Shown: positions 1 to 13,131, numbered from the stretch's first letter. The stretch is DNA of 64,000 nt from an uncultured Chloroflexia bacterium (GCA_963776865.1 CAVZOG010000003.1:233269-297268), one strand, 5' to 3'. A program made the numbers and translations. Notes: generated by a model not told the origin, from the letters alone.

Positions 1-1941
<1,941 letters not shown>

Positions 1942-2084
1942 TTCGCCTCGAACGGGCTTCGGCCTCGAGGTGCCCATCCGACAAATGACTTACGCCGGTT
2001 TGCGACAGACGCGCGATGCGACCAGGTTGCGTCGCTGCCAAGGTGGTCGCCCGGGGGCAAGTGGGGCCGTGGGAGACCGTCGCG

Positions 2085-3731
2085 ATGTTGCACCGTTCCA
2101 TTCGAACCGTGGGTTTCCTCACGGCATTGATCCTTGCCGCTCTGTCGGCGCCGCTGAGTGCGTCGGCCGTCAACGATGAATGGCATGCGTTGGGGTCGAA
2201 CGGCGCTGGAGGCGGCGCGCTAACTGAATCAGTCAAGGCGATTGCGGTAATTGGCAACAACGTGTTCGTAGCCGGCAGCTTCGTCAATGCGGCAGGAATC
2301 GCCACGGCGGACTACATCGCTCGCTGGAATGGGAACTCCTGGTCGGCCCTCGGGACCAACGGCGGTGGCAACGGGGCGCTGAACTCGCAAGTGAACGCGA
2401 TGGCCGTCATCGGCAACGACCTGTATGTGGGTGGGACATTCGTCGACGCGGCCGGCATTGCCACTGCCGACTACATCGCGAAGTGGAACGGCAGCACCTG
2501 GTCTTCAGTTGGCTCCAATGGCAGTGGCAACGGCGCGCTCAACTTCTCGGTGAATGCGCTTGATGTGTCGGGCAGCAACCTGTACGTCGGTGGGCAGTTC
2601 ACCAATGCTGGAAACGTCGCAACCGCTGATTACTTTGCGCGATGGAATGGCAGCGCCTGGTCTGGCGTCGGATCGTTGGCCGGGAACGGACCGGTTGCGA
2701 ACACGGTCTGGGACATGGAGGTCGAGGGCTCGAGTCTCTACGTGGTTGGTGCGTTTTCCAACGTAGGTGGTGTTGACACGGCAGACGTCGTCGCTCGCTG
2801 GAATGGCAGCACATGGTCCGGGGTTGGTTCGGACGGCAGCGGGCACGGCATTCTTGGCTCGCCGTTTTCAAATGTCGGATACGCCATCGCGGTCGACGGC
2901 AGCAACGTGTACGTCGGCGGGAACTTCGTCAACATAGGCGGCGACCCGATAGCCGACTACCTGGTGGGCTGGAACGGGAGCACCTGGTCACGAGTTGGAT
3001 CGAACGGCGCGGCGCAGGCCCTCAGCACCATCGTTTACGCGCTGACCTTCGCCGACGGACTCCTGTACGCCGGTGGGCATTTCACGGGCGCCGGAGGTGA
3101 TACGACAGCCGACTACCTCGGTGTCTGGAACGGGAGTACGTGGGCCGGTCTGGGCTCGAACGCTGCCGGAACGGACGGGGCGCTTTCAGCCGGCGTATAC
3201 GCGATCACCGCCGACGGTCCTCATATCTACGCAGGCGGAAACTTCGCGAACGCAGCAGGTGTCGCAACCGCGGACCGCGTTGCCCGTTTCGGCCCAGTGA
3301 TGGCTTACCAGCCCGACGGTCGGATCAAGAAGGGCACCGGCTCACTGGTCGGCAACAACATCTATAACCAGACTGGCGACAACCAGGCGCGTTCGGGCGG
3401 CAAGGGCGTTGGCGGGACAATCACCTTCACGATCTCCGTTCAGAACGACGGCACCGACGAGGAACAGCTCTCGGTCTATTCGACCGGTGCATTCGCTGCC
3501 AATTTCGAGGTCACGTATTGGCAGGGCACGACCAACATCACCGGGCAGGTCGTGACCGGCACGTACCGGACGCCGTACCTGAACCCCGGCGCGACGTTCG
3601 CGATCCAGGCCAAGGTCAAGGTGCTCGCCGGCGCCACGGTCGGATCGTCGGTAACGCGGCTGGTGTCCCTGACGTCGGTTGCCGACCCATCCAAGGTGGA
3701 CGTGGTCCGCTTCACCGGCAAGCGCAAGTAG
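2085..3731 (+). CDS. secreted repeat protein: signal peptide, eight tandem ~48-aa repeats (W-N-G-S-x-W-S-x-L-G-S-N-G...LYVGG-x-F...ADYIARWNG; beta-propeller / delta-60-like), C-terminal DUF11/CARDB-like beta domain
   Basis: N-terminus MLHRSIRTVGFLTALILAALSAPLSASA. Repeats are visible by eye in the translation. RBS-like GGGAGA upstream of ATG 2085. Confidence 0.75.
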   Translation: MLHRSIRTVGFLTALILAALSAPLSASAVNDEWHALGSNGAGGGALTESVKAIAVIGNNVFVAGSFVNAAGIATADYIARWNGNSWSALGTNGGGNGALNSQVNAMAVIGNDLYVGGTFVDAAGIATADYIAKWNGSTWSSVGSNGSGNGALNFSVNALDVSGSNLYVGGQFTNAGNVATADYFARWNGSAWSGVGSLAGNGPVANTVWDMEVEGSSLYVVGAFSNVGGVDTADVVARWNGSTWSGVGSDGSGHGILGSPFSNVGYAIAVDGSNVYVGGNFVNIGGDPIADYLVGWNGSTWSRVGSNGAAQALSTIVYALTFADGLLYAGGHFTGAGGDTTADYLGVWNGSTWAGLGSNAAGTDGALSAGVYAITADGPHIYAGGNFANAAGVATADRVARFGPVMAYQPDGRIKKGTGSLVGNNIYNQTGDNQARSGGKGVGGTITFTISVQNDGTDEEQLSVYSTGAFAANFEVTYWQGTTNITGQVVTGTYRTPYLNPGATFAIQAKVKVLAGATVGSSVTRLVSLTSVADPSKVDVVRFTGKRK

Positions 3732-3799
3732 CGCCCCGGGCGCGGCGAACCTAGCCTGGCGTCACAGTCGAGCGCGCCGCTCCACCGGCGGCGCGCGGC

Positions 3800-4183
3800 T
3801 CAGGTCTGCGGGCTGCGCACCTGGCAGACGTCGAGCCGCAGCAATCGACTGATGCCCTGTCGGTTGTTGGCGACGGCGCGATACAGGAAGTCCAGGATGG
3901 ACATCGCCAGCGGTAGCCTGGCGAACACGCTGATCGGCCACAGGAACGGGACGTTTCGTGCCACTTCAACGGCGGCTGCGGCACCCACGAACCAGTTGCC
4001 GTCAGTGTCCACTGCGTGCAGCGCACCCACCAGGTCGTCGCGTGGCGGCATTCCGGGGAGCGCCGCTTCCTGAAGCGAAACGAGCCGCAATCGGCGCCGC
4101 GAGTCGAGCCGCGTCAACAAGCGCGCCGTCTGCGTGCAGACCCCGCAGTCGCCGTCGTAGAGAAGCGTCAGCTCGTGAGTCAT
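3800..4183 (-). CDS. DCC-family thiol-disulfide oxidoreductase (DUF393)
   Basis: MTHELTLLYDGDCGVCT... with CxxC near the N-terminus is typical of DCC/DUF393. Start taken at the internal ATG (4183). Confidence 0.7.
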   Translation of the reverse strand: MTHELTLLYDGDCGVCTQTARLLTRLDSRRRLRLVSLQEAALPGMPPRDDLVGALHAVDTDGNWFVGAAAAVEVARNVPFLWPISVFARLPLAMSILDFLYRAVANNRQGISRLLRLDVCQVRSPQT

Positions 4184-4278
4184 GCCGTCGCCAGTCTGCG
4201 CCGTCCGTGGCGAACGCACCGGCGCCGGGACTCGCAAGCAAATACCTCGGCCACAGGCGCGCGCCCTAGACTGTCGGA

Positions 4279-4755
4279 GTGCCGGACATTGAGTACGCGT
4301 TCCTGGCCGACGCCGCGGAGGCGCGGCCGGGGCAGAAGTTTGCCGTGATCGGCGGAGGGGTCTCGCGCCTTGGCGGACCGCGGTTCCCGTTGCGTCACCC
4401 ACACCTGGCTTTGATCTGCGGACTGAACGTTACGACGCCCGAATTCGGCGCCGAGCACGAGCTCCAGTTCGTGCTCCTGACGCCGGAGGGCAAGCAGCTC
4501 AGCAATGCGACTGCCAAGGTCCTGGCAAACGGCCCTCAGGACGGCCGGGACAGCGTGCTGACCTTCAGCCTCGACATGTGGAACCTGAGCTTCCCCGCGC
4601 CGGGCGACTATTCGATCCGCATCCTCGTCGACGGCTCGGAGCGCAAACGGCTGTCGCTCGTAGTCGAGCAGCGCGAGCCCGCCCAGGGTCAGGGGCAGGG
4701 CACACGAAAGGCGCCCAGCGAGCCGCCGTTCCCACCGCCGACCGGCCAGGCCTAG
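4279..4755 (+). CDS. hypothetical protein (158 aa)
   Basis: Clean ORF with high GC3 between annotated genes. No recognisable motif. Confidence 0.5.
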   Translation: MPDIEYAFLADAAEARPGQKFAVIGGGVSRLGGPRFPLRHPHLALICGLNVTTPEFGAEHELQFVLLTPEGKQLSNATAKVLANGPQDGRDSVLTFSLDMWNLSFPAPGDYSIRILVDGSERKRLSLVVEQREPAQGQGQGTRKAPSEPPFPPPTGQA

Positions 4756-4758
4756 GCG

Positions 4759-5451
4759 ATGCTGCCCGGTTTCGACCTCGAACAGATCCTGCTCAGTGGC
4801 GGCGCGATGCTTGCCCTGTTCGCCCTGTTCCTCATCATCTTCGCCGAGTCTGGCCTGTTCTTCGGCTTCTTCCTGCCCGGCGACAGCCTGCTGCTGGCGG
4901 CCGGCGTCATCTCGGCCGCAAATCCTGAAGCGTTTCCGCTGTGGGCAATCTGCGTCGTCTGCTTCATCGCGGCCGTGCTGGGTGACGCGGTCGGCTATGG
5001 CTTCGGTCATCGATATGGCCGGCGGCTGTATGCCCGGCCCGACTCGCGCTTCTTCAAGCAGAGCCACCTTCGCGCCGCCGAGGCGTTCTACGAGAAGCAC
5101 GGCGGCAAGACCATCGTCATCGCCCGTTTCATGCCCTTCGTCCGGACGTTCGCGCCGATCGTCGCCGGTGCGGCGTCGATGCCATATCGCCGGTTCGCCG
5201 TCTTCAACTTCACTGGGGCCGCGCTGTGGGCCGTCGGCCTGCCCGTCGCCGGCTATGCGTTGGGCAGCATCATCCCGCCCGAGATTCTCGACCGCTGGCT
5301 GATCGTCATCCTCGCCATCGTGGTGGCCCTCTCCCTGCTGCCCACCTTCATCCACGGCTACCGCAGCAATCGCGAGGAGATCCATGCTCGCGTCCGATCG
5401 CGGGGCCGGCAGGGAGCAGTTCGCCCTTTATCGGAGGAGCCTCCGTCGTGA
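4759..5451 (+). CDS. DedA/VTT (SNARE-associated) family membrane protein
   Basis: Multi-TM protein with the DedA signature region ...GYGFGHRYGRRL...IVIARFMPFVRTFAPIVAG. Confidence 0.85.
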   Translation: MLPGFDLEQILLSGGAMLALFALFLIIFAESGLFFGFFLPGDSLLLAAGVISAANPEAFPLWAICVVCFIAAVLGDAVGYGFGHRYGRRLYARPDSRFFKQSHLRAAEAFYEKHGGKTIVIARFMPFVRTFAPIVAGAASMPYRRFAVFNFTGAALWAVGLPVAGYALGSIIPPEILDRWLIVILAIVVALSLLPTFIHGYRSNREEIHARVRSRGRQGAVRPLSEEPPS

Positions 5452-6023
5452 CCGACGGGCGCCAACCAACCCGCGACGAAGCGTGGGCGCTGCTGTGTGA
5501 GTGGACCCAATCGGACGCGCTGCGCAAGCATGGCCGCGCGGTCGAGGGGGCAGTCGGCTGGTACGCCGAGAATCGGTTCGGCAAGAGCGGCGCCGAGCTC
5601 GAGACGTGGCGCTCCGCCGGGTTGCTGCACGACTTCGACTACGAACGCTTTCCCGACACGCACCCACTCCAGGGCGCCGACGAGCTGCGCAGCCGCGGCT
5701 ACCCCGAGGAGCTGGTCCAGGCCGTTCTCGGTCACGGTGATCACACGGGCATTCCGCGCACGACGGACCTGGCCCATGCCGTCTACGCGTGCGACGAGAT
5801 GAGTGGCTTCGTGATCGCGGTTGCGCTCGTTCGTCCAAATCGGAGCCTTGACGAGGTTGACGTACGCTCGGTGACCAAGAAGATGAAGGACAAGGGCTTC
5901 GCTCGCCAGGTGCCGCGCGACCAGCTCGAGAAGGGGGCCGAGGAGATCGGAGTGCCATTGGAGGAGCACGTGGCCAATGTGATCGAAGGTCTCAAGGCGG
6001 TTCGCGGAGATCTTGGGCTTTGA
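5448..6023 (+). CDS. HD-domain phosphohydrolase
   Basis: HD motif context (LLHDFDYERF...GHGDHTG). GTG start preceded by GGAGGAG RBS. Overlaps the dedA stop. Confidence 0.75.
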   Translation: MTDGRQPTRDEAWALLCEWTQSDALRKHGRAVEGAVGWYAENRFGKSGAELETWRSAGLLHDFDYERFPDTHPLQGADELRSRGYPEELVQAVLGHGDHTGIPRTTDLAHAVYACDEMSGFVIAVALVRPNRSLDEVDVRSVTKKMKDKGFARQVPRDQLEKGAEEIGVPLEEHVANVIEGLKAVRGDLGL

Positions 6024-6538
6024 CCGACCCGAAGGCCGCCAGCGACGCCGAAACCCTCATCCCGCTCAGTGATCCCGTACGCACCGTCCGCGCCCAGCGC
6101 CGGCTCGACGCCGAGCCGTACCGCGTCTACCGCGCGTGGTCGGCGCCCGAGGCGTTGAGCGAGTGGTTTCCCGACCGCGTCGAGGGATCACTGACGCCTG
6201 GCACGCGCAGCACTCTCGTCTTCCCGGACCAGCGCGTGTGGTGGGACGTCATCGAAGCCGATCCGAACAGTCGCTTCCAGTTCCGCTGGCCGTGGCTGGC
6301 CGACGACGCCTGGGTCACCACGGTCACGGTGACCATCACTCCCCGCGGCTACGGCAGCCTGCTCACGCTCGAGGACGGACCGTTCGACCTGACCCGGCCG
6401 GGCCTGCTCGACGCCTACGCCGAGTGTCTGGCGGGCTGGGAAAAGGCGCTGGCCACACTTCGGGCGCTGATCGATTTCTCGGTCGATTTGCGTGGCCGAA
6501 ACCCGAGTCCGCCGCAGACCGCCGGTCGCGAGCGCTAA
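6020..6538 (+). CDS. SRPBCC / AHSA1 (activator of Hsp90 ATPase homolog)-like protein
   Basis: ATGA overlap with upstream gene. Sequence is typical of the Aha1/SRPBCC family (...YRVYRAWSAPEALSEWF...). Confidence 0.7.
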   Translation: MTDPKAASDAETLIPLSDPVRTVRAQRRLDAEPYRVYRAWSAPEALSEWFPDRVEGSLTPGTRSTLVFPDQRVWWDVIEADPNSRFQFRWPWLADDAWVTTVTVTITPRGYGSLLTLEDGPFDLTRPGLLDAYAECLAGWEKALATLRALIDFSVDLRGRNPSPPQTAGRER

Positions 6539-6904
6539 ATCGTGGCTTCATGCAGCCGCCCTCCCGACGCCGCACGGGCCGTCCACATGACGTACGCCGG
6601 CATGCGACGACTCGACGATGTGCCGGGCAGCAGGTTGGACATAAGGTGAGTCGCAAAGAGTCAGTTGATTCCCAAGCGGAGCAACCTGCCATGTACGGAA
6701 ATGAATTGCTGGTCGAGCAAGTAAAGGCCGAGCCAGAGCTTGCCACCGAGCCGACACCCGAGCCAAAGAACTTGTCGTGGGTCGAAAACGAAGTAGAGAA
6801 TTCGGCGCCGGAGGCGAGGTCGGGACTCCGTTGGCGGTTGGCACTGTTCGCCTATCGCGGCCAAATGGGCCCGACGCGCCACGAAGATTGGCGAAACTTC
6901 CTGC

Positions 6905-8465
6905 CTAAGCGGACACGCTGTAGCGTCCGGCTTGGCAGGCCAAGCTCCGCGTCCGAGAAACGCCTCGCGCACGAAGACAGACGGGGCGGACAGGGTCGTA
7001 GACGATCGTCAGCGAGCGTCTCGCTCGCGTCCAGGCGACATACGCCAGTCGGCGTTCCTCCTCCAGCGCACGTCGCGGGTCATCGGCCTCCTCCAGCGTT
7101 CGCCGGCTCGGGAACACACCCTCGTCAAAGCCGATGCACGCCACGTGGTCGAACTCCAATCCTTTCGTGCCATGGCTCGTGGCCAGCACCAGCTGGGCGT
7201 CGTCGGAACGCAGACTGGCCCGAAGCGCTCTCGCCTGTTCAATTGACGCGCGCAGCTCGGCAACGGTGCGTACGCCCAGCGCCCAGCTGCATAACGCCCG
7301 TGCCAGCGGGTCGCGGCCGGCGTGCCGGGCGACGAGCAAGTGCCGGGGGCCGGTCGTCGGCGCGTGCCTCAAGCTCGGCGATCAGCGCGTCGAGCCCGGG
7401 GTGGTCGAGCATCAGCCCGTCCTCCGCCGCGCGATAGGCAATGCCACTTTCCAGTGCGACCGCCGCGAACGGCGCGAGCTGGGCATTGGTTCGGGCCAGC
7501 ACAGCGTGGACGCCCGGCGCCCGGCCGTACCAACGATTGAGCAGGCGCCGGGCGCGAGCGAGCTCGTCACCGGGATCGGGCGCCAGGATCAGCTGACCGG
7601 CCGCCGTCGGTCCGGCCCTGATCTCCTTTGCGAATCGCTCGCCGTTGATCTCGATGAGGCGCACGGCGCGCTCGACCACGGGCCGCGGACAGCGGTAATT
7701 GGTGACGAGGTCGACGCGGCGCAGGCCCGGCAGTCGGCCGGCGAGGTCGAGCACGCGGCGCACATCTGCAAGGCGCCACGCGTAGATCGTCTGGTCGTCG
7801 TCCCCGACGAGGAAGATGTCGCGCCGCTCGCCGCACAGCAGCACGGCAAGCTCGAGCTGACTCCGATCGACGTCCTGAACCTCGTCGACGAGCAGCGTCG
7901 AGCAACGCTCGCGCCAGCGATCGAGCAGGGCAGCGTCGGACTGAAGAGCGGCCAGTGCTCGCCGAACGAGATCGTCGAAGTCGAGCGCGTCGTTCTCAGC
8001 CAGCCACTCTTCGTAGTGGATGAAGCGGCCGATCACGTCCGCCGGCAAGTTATGTGTCGCCTCCGGCTCGTCGAGCATCTGCCGCGCCCGCGCCACGTCG
8101 ACGCCGAGGTCGAGCTTGAGGCGCGAGAACCCGTCGTCGAGCCGGCGCAGTTGCGCTCCCGAAAGTGGCCGGCCATTGATCGCCGCCAGCGCCTCGGACC
8201 TGTCGACCAGGTTGCGCACACTCACCCCGGCGTCGGCGAGGATCTCGCGACCGAGAGCATGGAACGTCCGCACTCTGACTGCCGGCTCGACGACGCCGAG
8301 CGGCTCGAGGGCAGTTGCCAGGCGCTCGCCCAGCTCGTCTGCGGCGCGCTTGTTGAACGTGACCGCGGTGACGCGGCCCGGATCGGCACCGGTAGCTACA
8401 AGCCAGCAAATGCGCGCGACCAGGGTCGTCGTCTTGCCCGAGCCGGCCGGCGCTACGCATAGCAC
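6905..8465 (-). CDS. UvrD/PcrA-like ATP-dependent DNA helicase, split by a frameshift at ~7240-7380; possible additional N-terminal problem
   Basis: N-terminal ORF has Walker A VLCVAPAGSGKTT, motif TFNKRAA and DEVQD. C-terminal ORF has ...GTKGLEFDHV...YVAWTRARRSLTIVYDP. The in-frame upstream region (LGKLAPDQRAAA) lacks a start codon because of a TGA. Confidence 0.8.
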
Positions 8466-8720
8466 AGGCCCGGGCGGCGCCGTGGCCGCAGCGCGCTGGT
8501 CGGGTGCCAGCTTGCCGAGTCGCTCTTCAACGGCGGGGTGCGATCACCCACTCACGATGGCGTCTGTCAGTTGGCTGCGGATTGCCTGTGAGTTGATCCG
8601 GATTTGCCGCCAATTGGCAAGAACTTCGATGCTCCGTTGCCGCCGAATCCCGGTAACATCCGACCCGTCCGCGCCCCGCCCCCAGCTCTCATGGGGCGCG
8701 CAATAGGAGGGATTCTCTAC

Positions 8721-10519
8721 GTGACCCGTAGACCCGTCGCCGCGCCACGCGGCCGTTTCGGAGCGCTCATTGCTGGCGCTGTGCTCGTCGCACTGCTCGT
8801 GCCCGGAGCAGCGGCCAAGCCCCCGACTTCTCTACCGATCCAGATTCTTGGTCTGAACGACTTCCACGGCCAGCTCGAGTGGGGTAATCCCACGGCCAGC
8901 TCGGGCTTCCGGCTCGGCACCCTGACCGATATCGATCCGAGTCCGACCGTTACCAACAATCGTGTCTCGCCCCGAGCTGCTATGCGGTGGGCGGCGTCGA
9001 GTACCTCTCGACCCACGTCGACAACCTGCGCGCAACGAACCCCAACAGCGTGTTCGTGTCCGCGGGCGACCTCATTGGCGCCACGCCGCTGCTCTCGGCA
9101 GCCTTCCATGACGAGCCGACCATCGAGGCGTTCAACATCATGGAGCTCGACTACAACGGCGTCGGCAACCACGAGTTCGACGAGGGCATCGCCGAGCTCA
9201 AGCGCATGCAGGAAGGCGGCTGCCACCCCGTCGACGGCTGTGGCGATGGCGACGGTTTTGCCGGAGCTGACTTCAAGTTCCTGGCCGCTAACGTCGTCTA
9301 CAAGAAGAACGACAAGCCGATCTTCCAGCCGTACAAGATCCACACCTTCCAGCACGGCGTGAAAGTTGCATTCATCGGCATGACCCTTGAGGGCACGCCG
9401 CTCATCGTCTCGCCAGACGGCATCAGCAACGTCAACTTCCTCGACGAGGCGGCGACGGTCAACGCGCTGGTCCCGGAGATCAAGGCGCAGGGCGTGGAGA
9501 CGATCGTGGTCCTGCTGCACGAGGGCGGAAGCCCCTCGAACACAGGCACCTCAACCCCGGCGACCTCCATCAATAGCTGCGTGAACCCCAGCGGTGCCCT
9601 GCCGCCGATCGTCAATGCGATGGACGACGAGGTCGACGTGGTCATCACCGGCCACACGAACTGGGCGGTCAACTGCCTCATTGACGGCAAGGTCGTCACC
9701 GGCGCCGCGTCCCAGGGCCGGCTGATCACGGACATCGACTTGACGGTCAACCGGGCCACTGGCGACGTGACCGGGCCGATCAACGTCAACAACGTGATGG
9801 TTACCCGCGACGGCGTCGCTGCCGACCCGGCGCTGACGTCGCTGATCGCCAAGTACAACGCGGTAATCGCACCAATTCGTGACGAAGTGGTCGGTCACAC
9901 CACCGGTGCGCTGACGCGTTCCGCCAACGCTGCCGGGGAGTCGACGATGGGAAGTCTCATCGCCGATGCTCAACTGGCGTCTACCCAGACTGACGCTCAA
10001 CCCGGCGTGATCGCGTTCATGAATCCGGGCGGGATGCGCGCCGATATCGCGTTCACCCCGCCGGGACCCGAGCCGATTACCCACGGCGAGGCGTTCTCGG
10101 TGCAGCCGTTCAGCAACATCGTGACGACCAAGACCTACACCGGTGCTCAGATCAAGACGATCCTCGAGCAGCAGTTCGTCGTAAGCACAGGCTCGCAGGC
10201 AGGCAACGCGCGGACTTTGGTCCTGCCCGTGTCGGACGGCTTCTCGTACACGTGGACGGCTTCGGCGCCGATCGGTAGCAAGGTCAGCAACATGATGCTG
10301 AACGGCAATCCGATCGTTACGACGGATAGCTATCGCGTCACCGCCAACAACTTCCTTGCTGGCGGCGGCGATGACTTCCCGGGCTTCACGGTCGGCACCG
10401 CCGAGCAGACCGGTCTCGACGACCTGGTCGCGCTCGAGGCATATCTCGCAGCTCACGACCCGTACACCCCGCTTGATCTGACCATTCCGGCGAATCAGCG
10501 GATCACGCGACTGCCCTAG
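8721..10519 (+). CDS. secreted 5'-nucleotidase / metallophosphoesterase (UshA/YfkN-like) with signal peptide; frameshift ~8965-8985
   Basis: GTG start after AGGAGG. Signal peptide. LGLNDFHGQLE, GNHEFDEG and 5'-nucleotidase C-terminal domain motifs. Reading frame changes between TVTNNRVSP and CYAVGGVEYLSTHV. Confidence 0.85.
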
Positions 10520-10544
10520 TCCTCTCAACCAAGAGAGACACCGC

Positions 10545-10577
10545 GAGGCCGGCCCGCAAGGGCCGGCCTCGTTGATT
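10545..10577 (+). terminator. rho-independent terminator (GAGGCCGGCCC-GCAA-GGGCCGGCCTC + GTTGATT)
   Basis: Perfect 11-bp GC stem followed by a T-rich tract, immediately after the nucleotidase stop. Confidence 0.7.
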
Positions 10578-10614
10578 CCGGTCCGGCCCCTGCGTCGCTA
10601 TCGTCTGTCCTGAA

Positions 10615-11169
10615 ATGCACAGGGTCGGACGGATCTTTGCCGCTTCTCTGCTGTTGCTTGCCATTTCTGCGGGAGCGGCGGCGGCTCACTTCGGGGCCCA
10701 GTCGTTCGTCTTCGTGACCGACGATGCGATCGATCCGGGCGAGCAGTTCACGCTCGTCGGATCGGATCTCGCGCCCGACTCGATGGTCGAGGTCAATGTT
10801 CGCCTGGAAGAGTACGCGGCGACCCTCGGGACCCTGCGGTCGGGTTCAGATGGTCACTTCGAGACGCTGCTGACCATGCCCGCCGAGGCCCCGCGCGGCT
10901 ACGTCGAGCTGATTGCGTCGAGCCCGGACGGGACCAGCGCATCCGCGTGGATCCACGTTGGACAGCGGACCGGACAGGAAGGAACGCCACCGGCTGCGAC
11001 CCAGGCAGGCTTCCCGATCGACCCGTCGCTGATCGTCCTCGGCGTCCTGCTCGCCGGCTCGGTCGGCGCCATCGGGTACATGCTCCTCCGTCGCCGACCC
11101 GCGGCGAGCCCGACGACCGTCGCCGCTCGGCGAGTGCCATCCAAGCGCGGCCGGCGCACGCACGGATAG
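10615..11169 (+). CDS. secreted protein with N-terminal signal peptide and C-terminal TM anchor (hypothetical)
   Basis: Signal peptide LLLLAISAGAAAAHF. C-terminal hydrophobic helix LIVLGVLLAGSVGAIGYMLL followed by RRRP. Confidence 0.6.
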   Translation: MHRVGRIFAASLLLLAISAGAAAAHFGAQSFVFVTDDAIDPGEQFTLVGSDLAPDSMVEVNVRLEEYAATLGTLRSGSDGHFETLLTMPAEAPRGYVELIASSPDGTSASAWIHVGQRTGQEGTPPAATQAGFPIDPSLIVLGVLLAGSVGAIGYMLLRRRPAASPTTVAARRVPSKRGRRTHG

Positions 11170-11291
11170 TCCACGTAGATATGTCGGCCCGCGGGTATTG
11201 CACGTGGCGAGAAAATCAATGACGCGCCCCGCGGATCTTGACCACCCAGCAACTTGGCGTCGGGGTGCAGTTCAAGGAGGGCGAAGGCAGC

Positions 11292-13005
11292 ATGGTCTCA
11301 TTTGCACGCTCGCGGTCCGGCCCGGCAAGACTCGTGGCGCTATCGATCGTGGCGCTGTTAGCGGTCACCTTGATCGCTGGTCCTGTCTCTGGCAAGCCGA
11401 CGAAGCCAGGCTTCACGACCAGTCAGCCATCGATGGTCACCAATCTGAGTGGTGGAAGCGTTAAACCGATAATCACCGTCGGCGACACGATCGGCGACTA
11501 CATGTTCGAGGCGATCCCCGACGGCATCGCCGTGTCCGCCAACGGAAATGGCACAGCAGATGTTTTCGTCAACCACGAAACGTCGACGGTTCCGTTCCCC
11601 TATAGCGTCTCGTCGCCGGCGAACAACGCCAACGACATGACCGACTCTCTGGTCAGCAAGCTGAAGCTGCACCAGCAGACCGCGGCCGTGATGAGCGCCT
11701 CAATCGTCATTGGCGACGATGAGAACTACCACCGTTTCTGCTCCAACTTCCTGGCAACGAGTGAGCACGGCTTCAAGCGATCGCTTTTGCTCACCAATGA
11801 GGAAGGAACCGATTGGGTCAACCGCACGGGCATGCAGTGGCCAACCACGCCGTACGCGGCGACCTCCCGCGAGATCGGCGTTGTCGTCGCCCATGACATC
11901 AACAACGGCAAGACCAAGCCGATTTGGGGCATGGGACGCCACAACCACGAGAACTCCGTCGCCCTGAAAGGCTTCGGCAAGCCGGTCGTGATCTCGGGCG
12001 ACGATACCTTCACGACGACGTCGGCTCAGTCGCAGGTGTATTCGTACATATGCCGATGACAGCGACGCAGTCTGGAACGACACCGGGACGCTGTACGCCT
12101 TTGTTTCGGACAACCCCGCGGTCAACGACTACTACGACTTCCCCGCCAACTCACCCATGAGCGTCAGTGGCAAGTTCGTCCCGGTGCCGAAGAACATCGC
12201 AACCGGACGAAATCCCAACGGGACAGACCTGATTTCCTCCGATGTCGGCTATCCGGCACCGTTTGGGCCGTGGGCCGTTCACCCGGGAACGACGACTCCG
12301 GTCGATGGTCCGCAATGGGTGCTCGAGCACTGGGGAGATACTCAGCCGGGCGGTGGCGTTTTCCAGTTCCTGCGCGTCGAGGACATGGCGTACGACAAGC
12401 GGCCGGGAATGTCGAACGTCGTCTACCTCGCCGATTCGGGTCGCGGCCTTGTGGGCGCTCCGGGACCTGGCGTGTCGACCAACGGGCGCATCTGGAAGAT
12501 GATTTTCGACCCCAACGATCCAACCATCGTCACGTCCCTGTCGATCTTGATCGACGGCGACGACGCGCCAGTCAAGACCCTGACCGAGGTGCGTCAGCCA
12601 GACAATCTTGAGACCACCCCGAACGGCCTGTACATCACCGAGGATCCGGGCAGCAGTCAGCAGTTCGCTCCCGGCGATCCGGCAGGCAAGAACGCACGTG
12701 TGTGGCAGTACAAGTTCGTGGGTGGCGTGCTGGCGCCGGTCATCGAGGTCGACCAATCAGCCGACGGCGGCCCGACCGACGCTCTGCCGGGAAGCATCGG
12801 CAACATGGGCGCCTGGGAAGCGAGCGGCATCGTCGACGTATCGTCGATCTACGGCCCAGGCTCGTTCCTGCTTGATGTTCAGGCGCACAGCCTGTGGATT
12901 GACGTGGAGCCTGGTCCCGACCTCGCCAATCCGCCGGCCGGCAACGATTGGACGTATAAGCGGGAGGGCGGCCAGCTGTTACTGGTCCAGATCCCGGGCG
13001 GCTGA
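11292..13005 (+). CDS. phoX: PhoX-family alkaline phosphatase (DUF839), secreted; frameshift ~12045-12055
   Basis: AGGAGG RBS. Signal-like N-terminus. PhoX-like motifs (GRHNHEN; RVEDMAYDKR; YITEDPG). Frame switches at ...QVYSYI / YADDSDAVWND. Confidence 0.75.
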
Positions 13006-13061
13006 GCTGACGCCACAATTTGCGGCGGCTAGTGCCGCATCCGCCATACAGCCCTAGCGCA

Positions 13062-13096
13062 GTGGCCCCGCCGACAACGGCGGGGCCACTCTTATT
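13062..13096 (+). terminator. rho-independent terminator (GTGGCCCCGCC-loop-GGCGGGGCCAC + TCTTATT)
   Basis: 11-bp GC stem plus T-rich tail after phoX. Confidence 0.7.
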
Positions 13097-13131
13097 GCTC
13101 CGACAGGCACAGCGCTAGCATCGAACCTCGA

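Noticed and set aside
8466-8540. Possible longer N-terminus of the UvrD-like helicase (in-frame SHPAVEERLGKLAPDQRAAA upstream of the GTG start)
   Set aside because: The in-frame extension is closed by TGA 30 codons upstream and has no start codon. Probably another indel artefact, so the gene is kept at 6905..8465.
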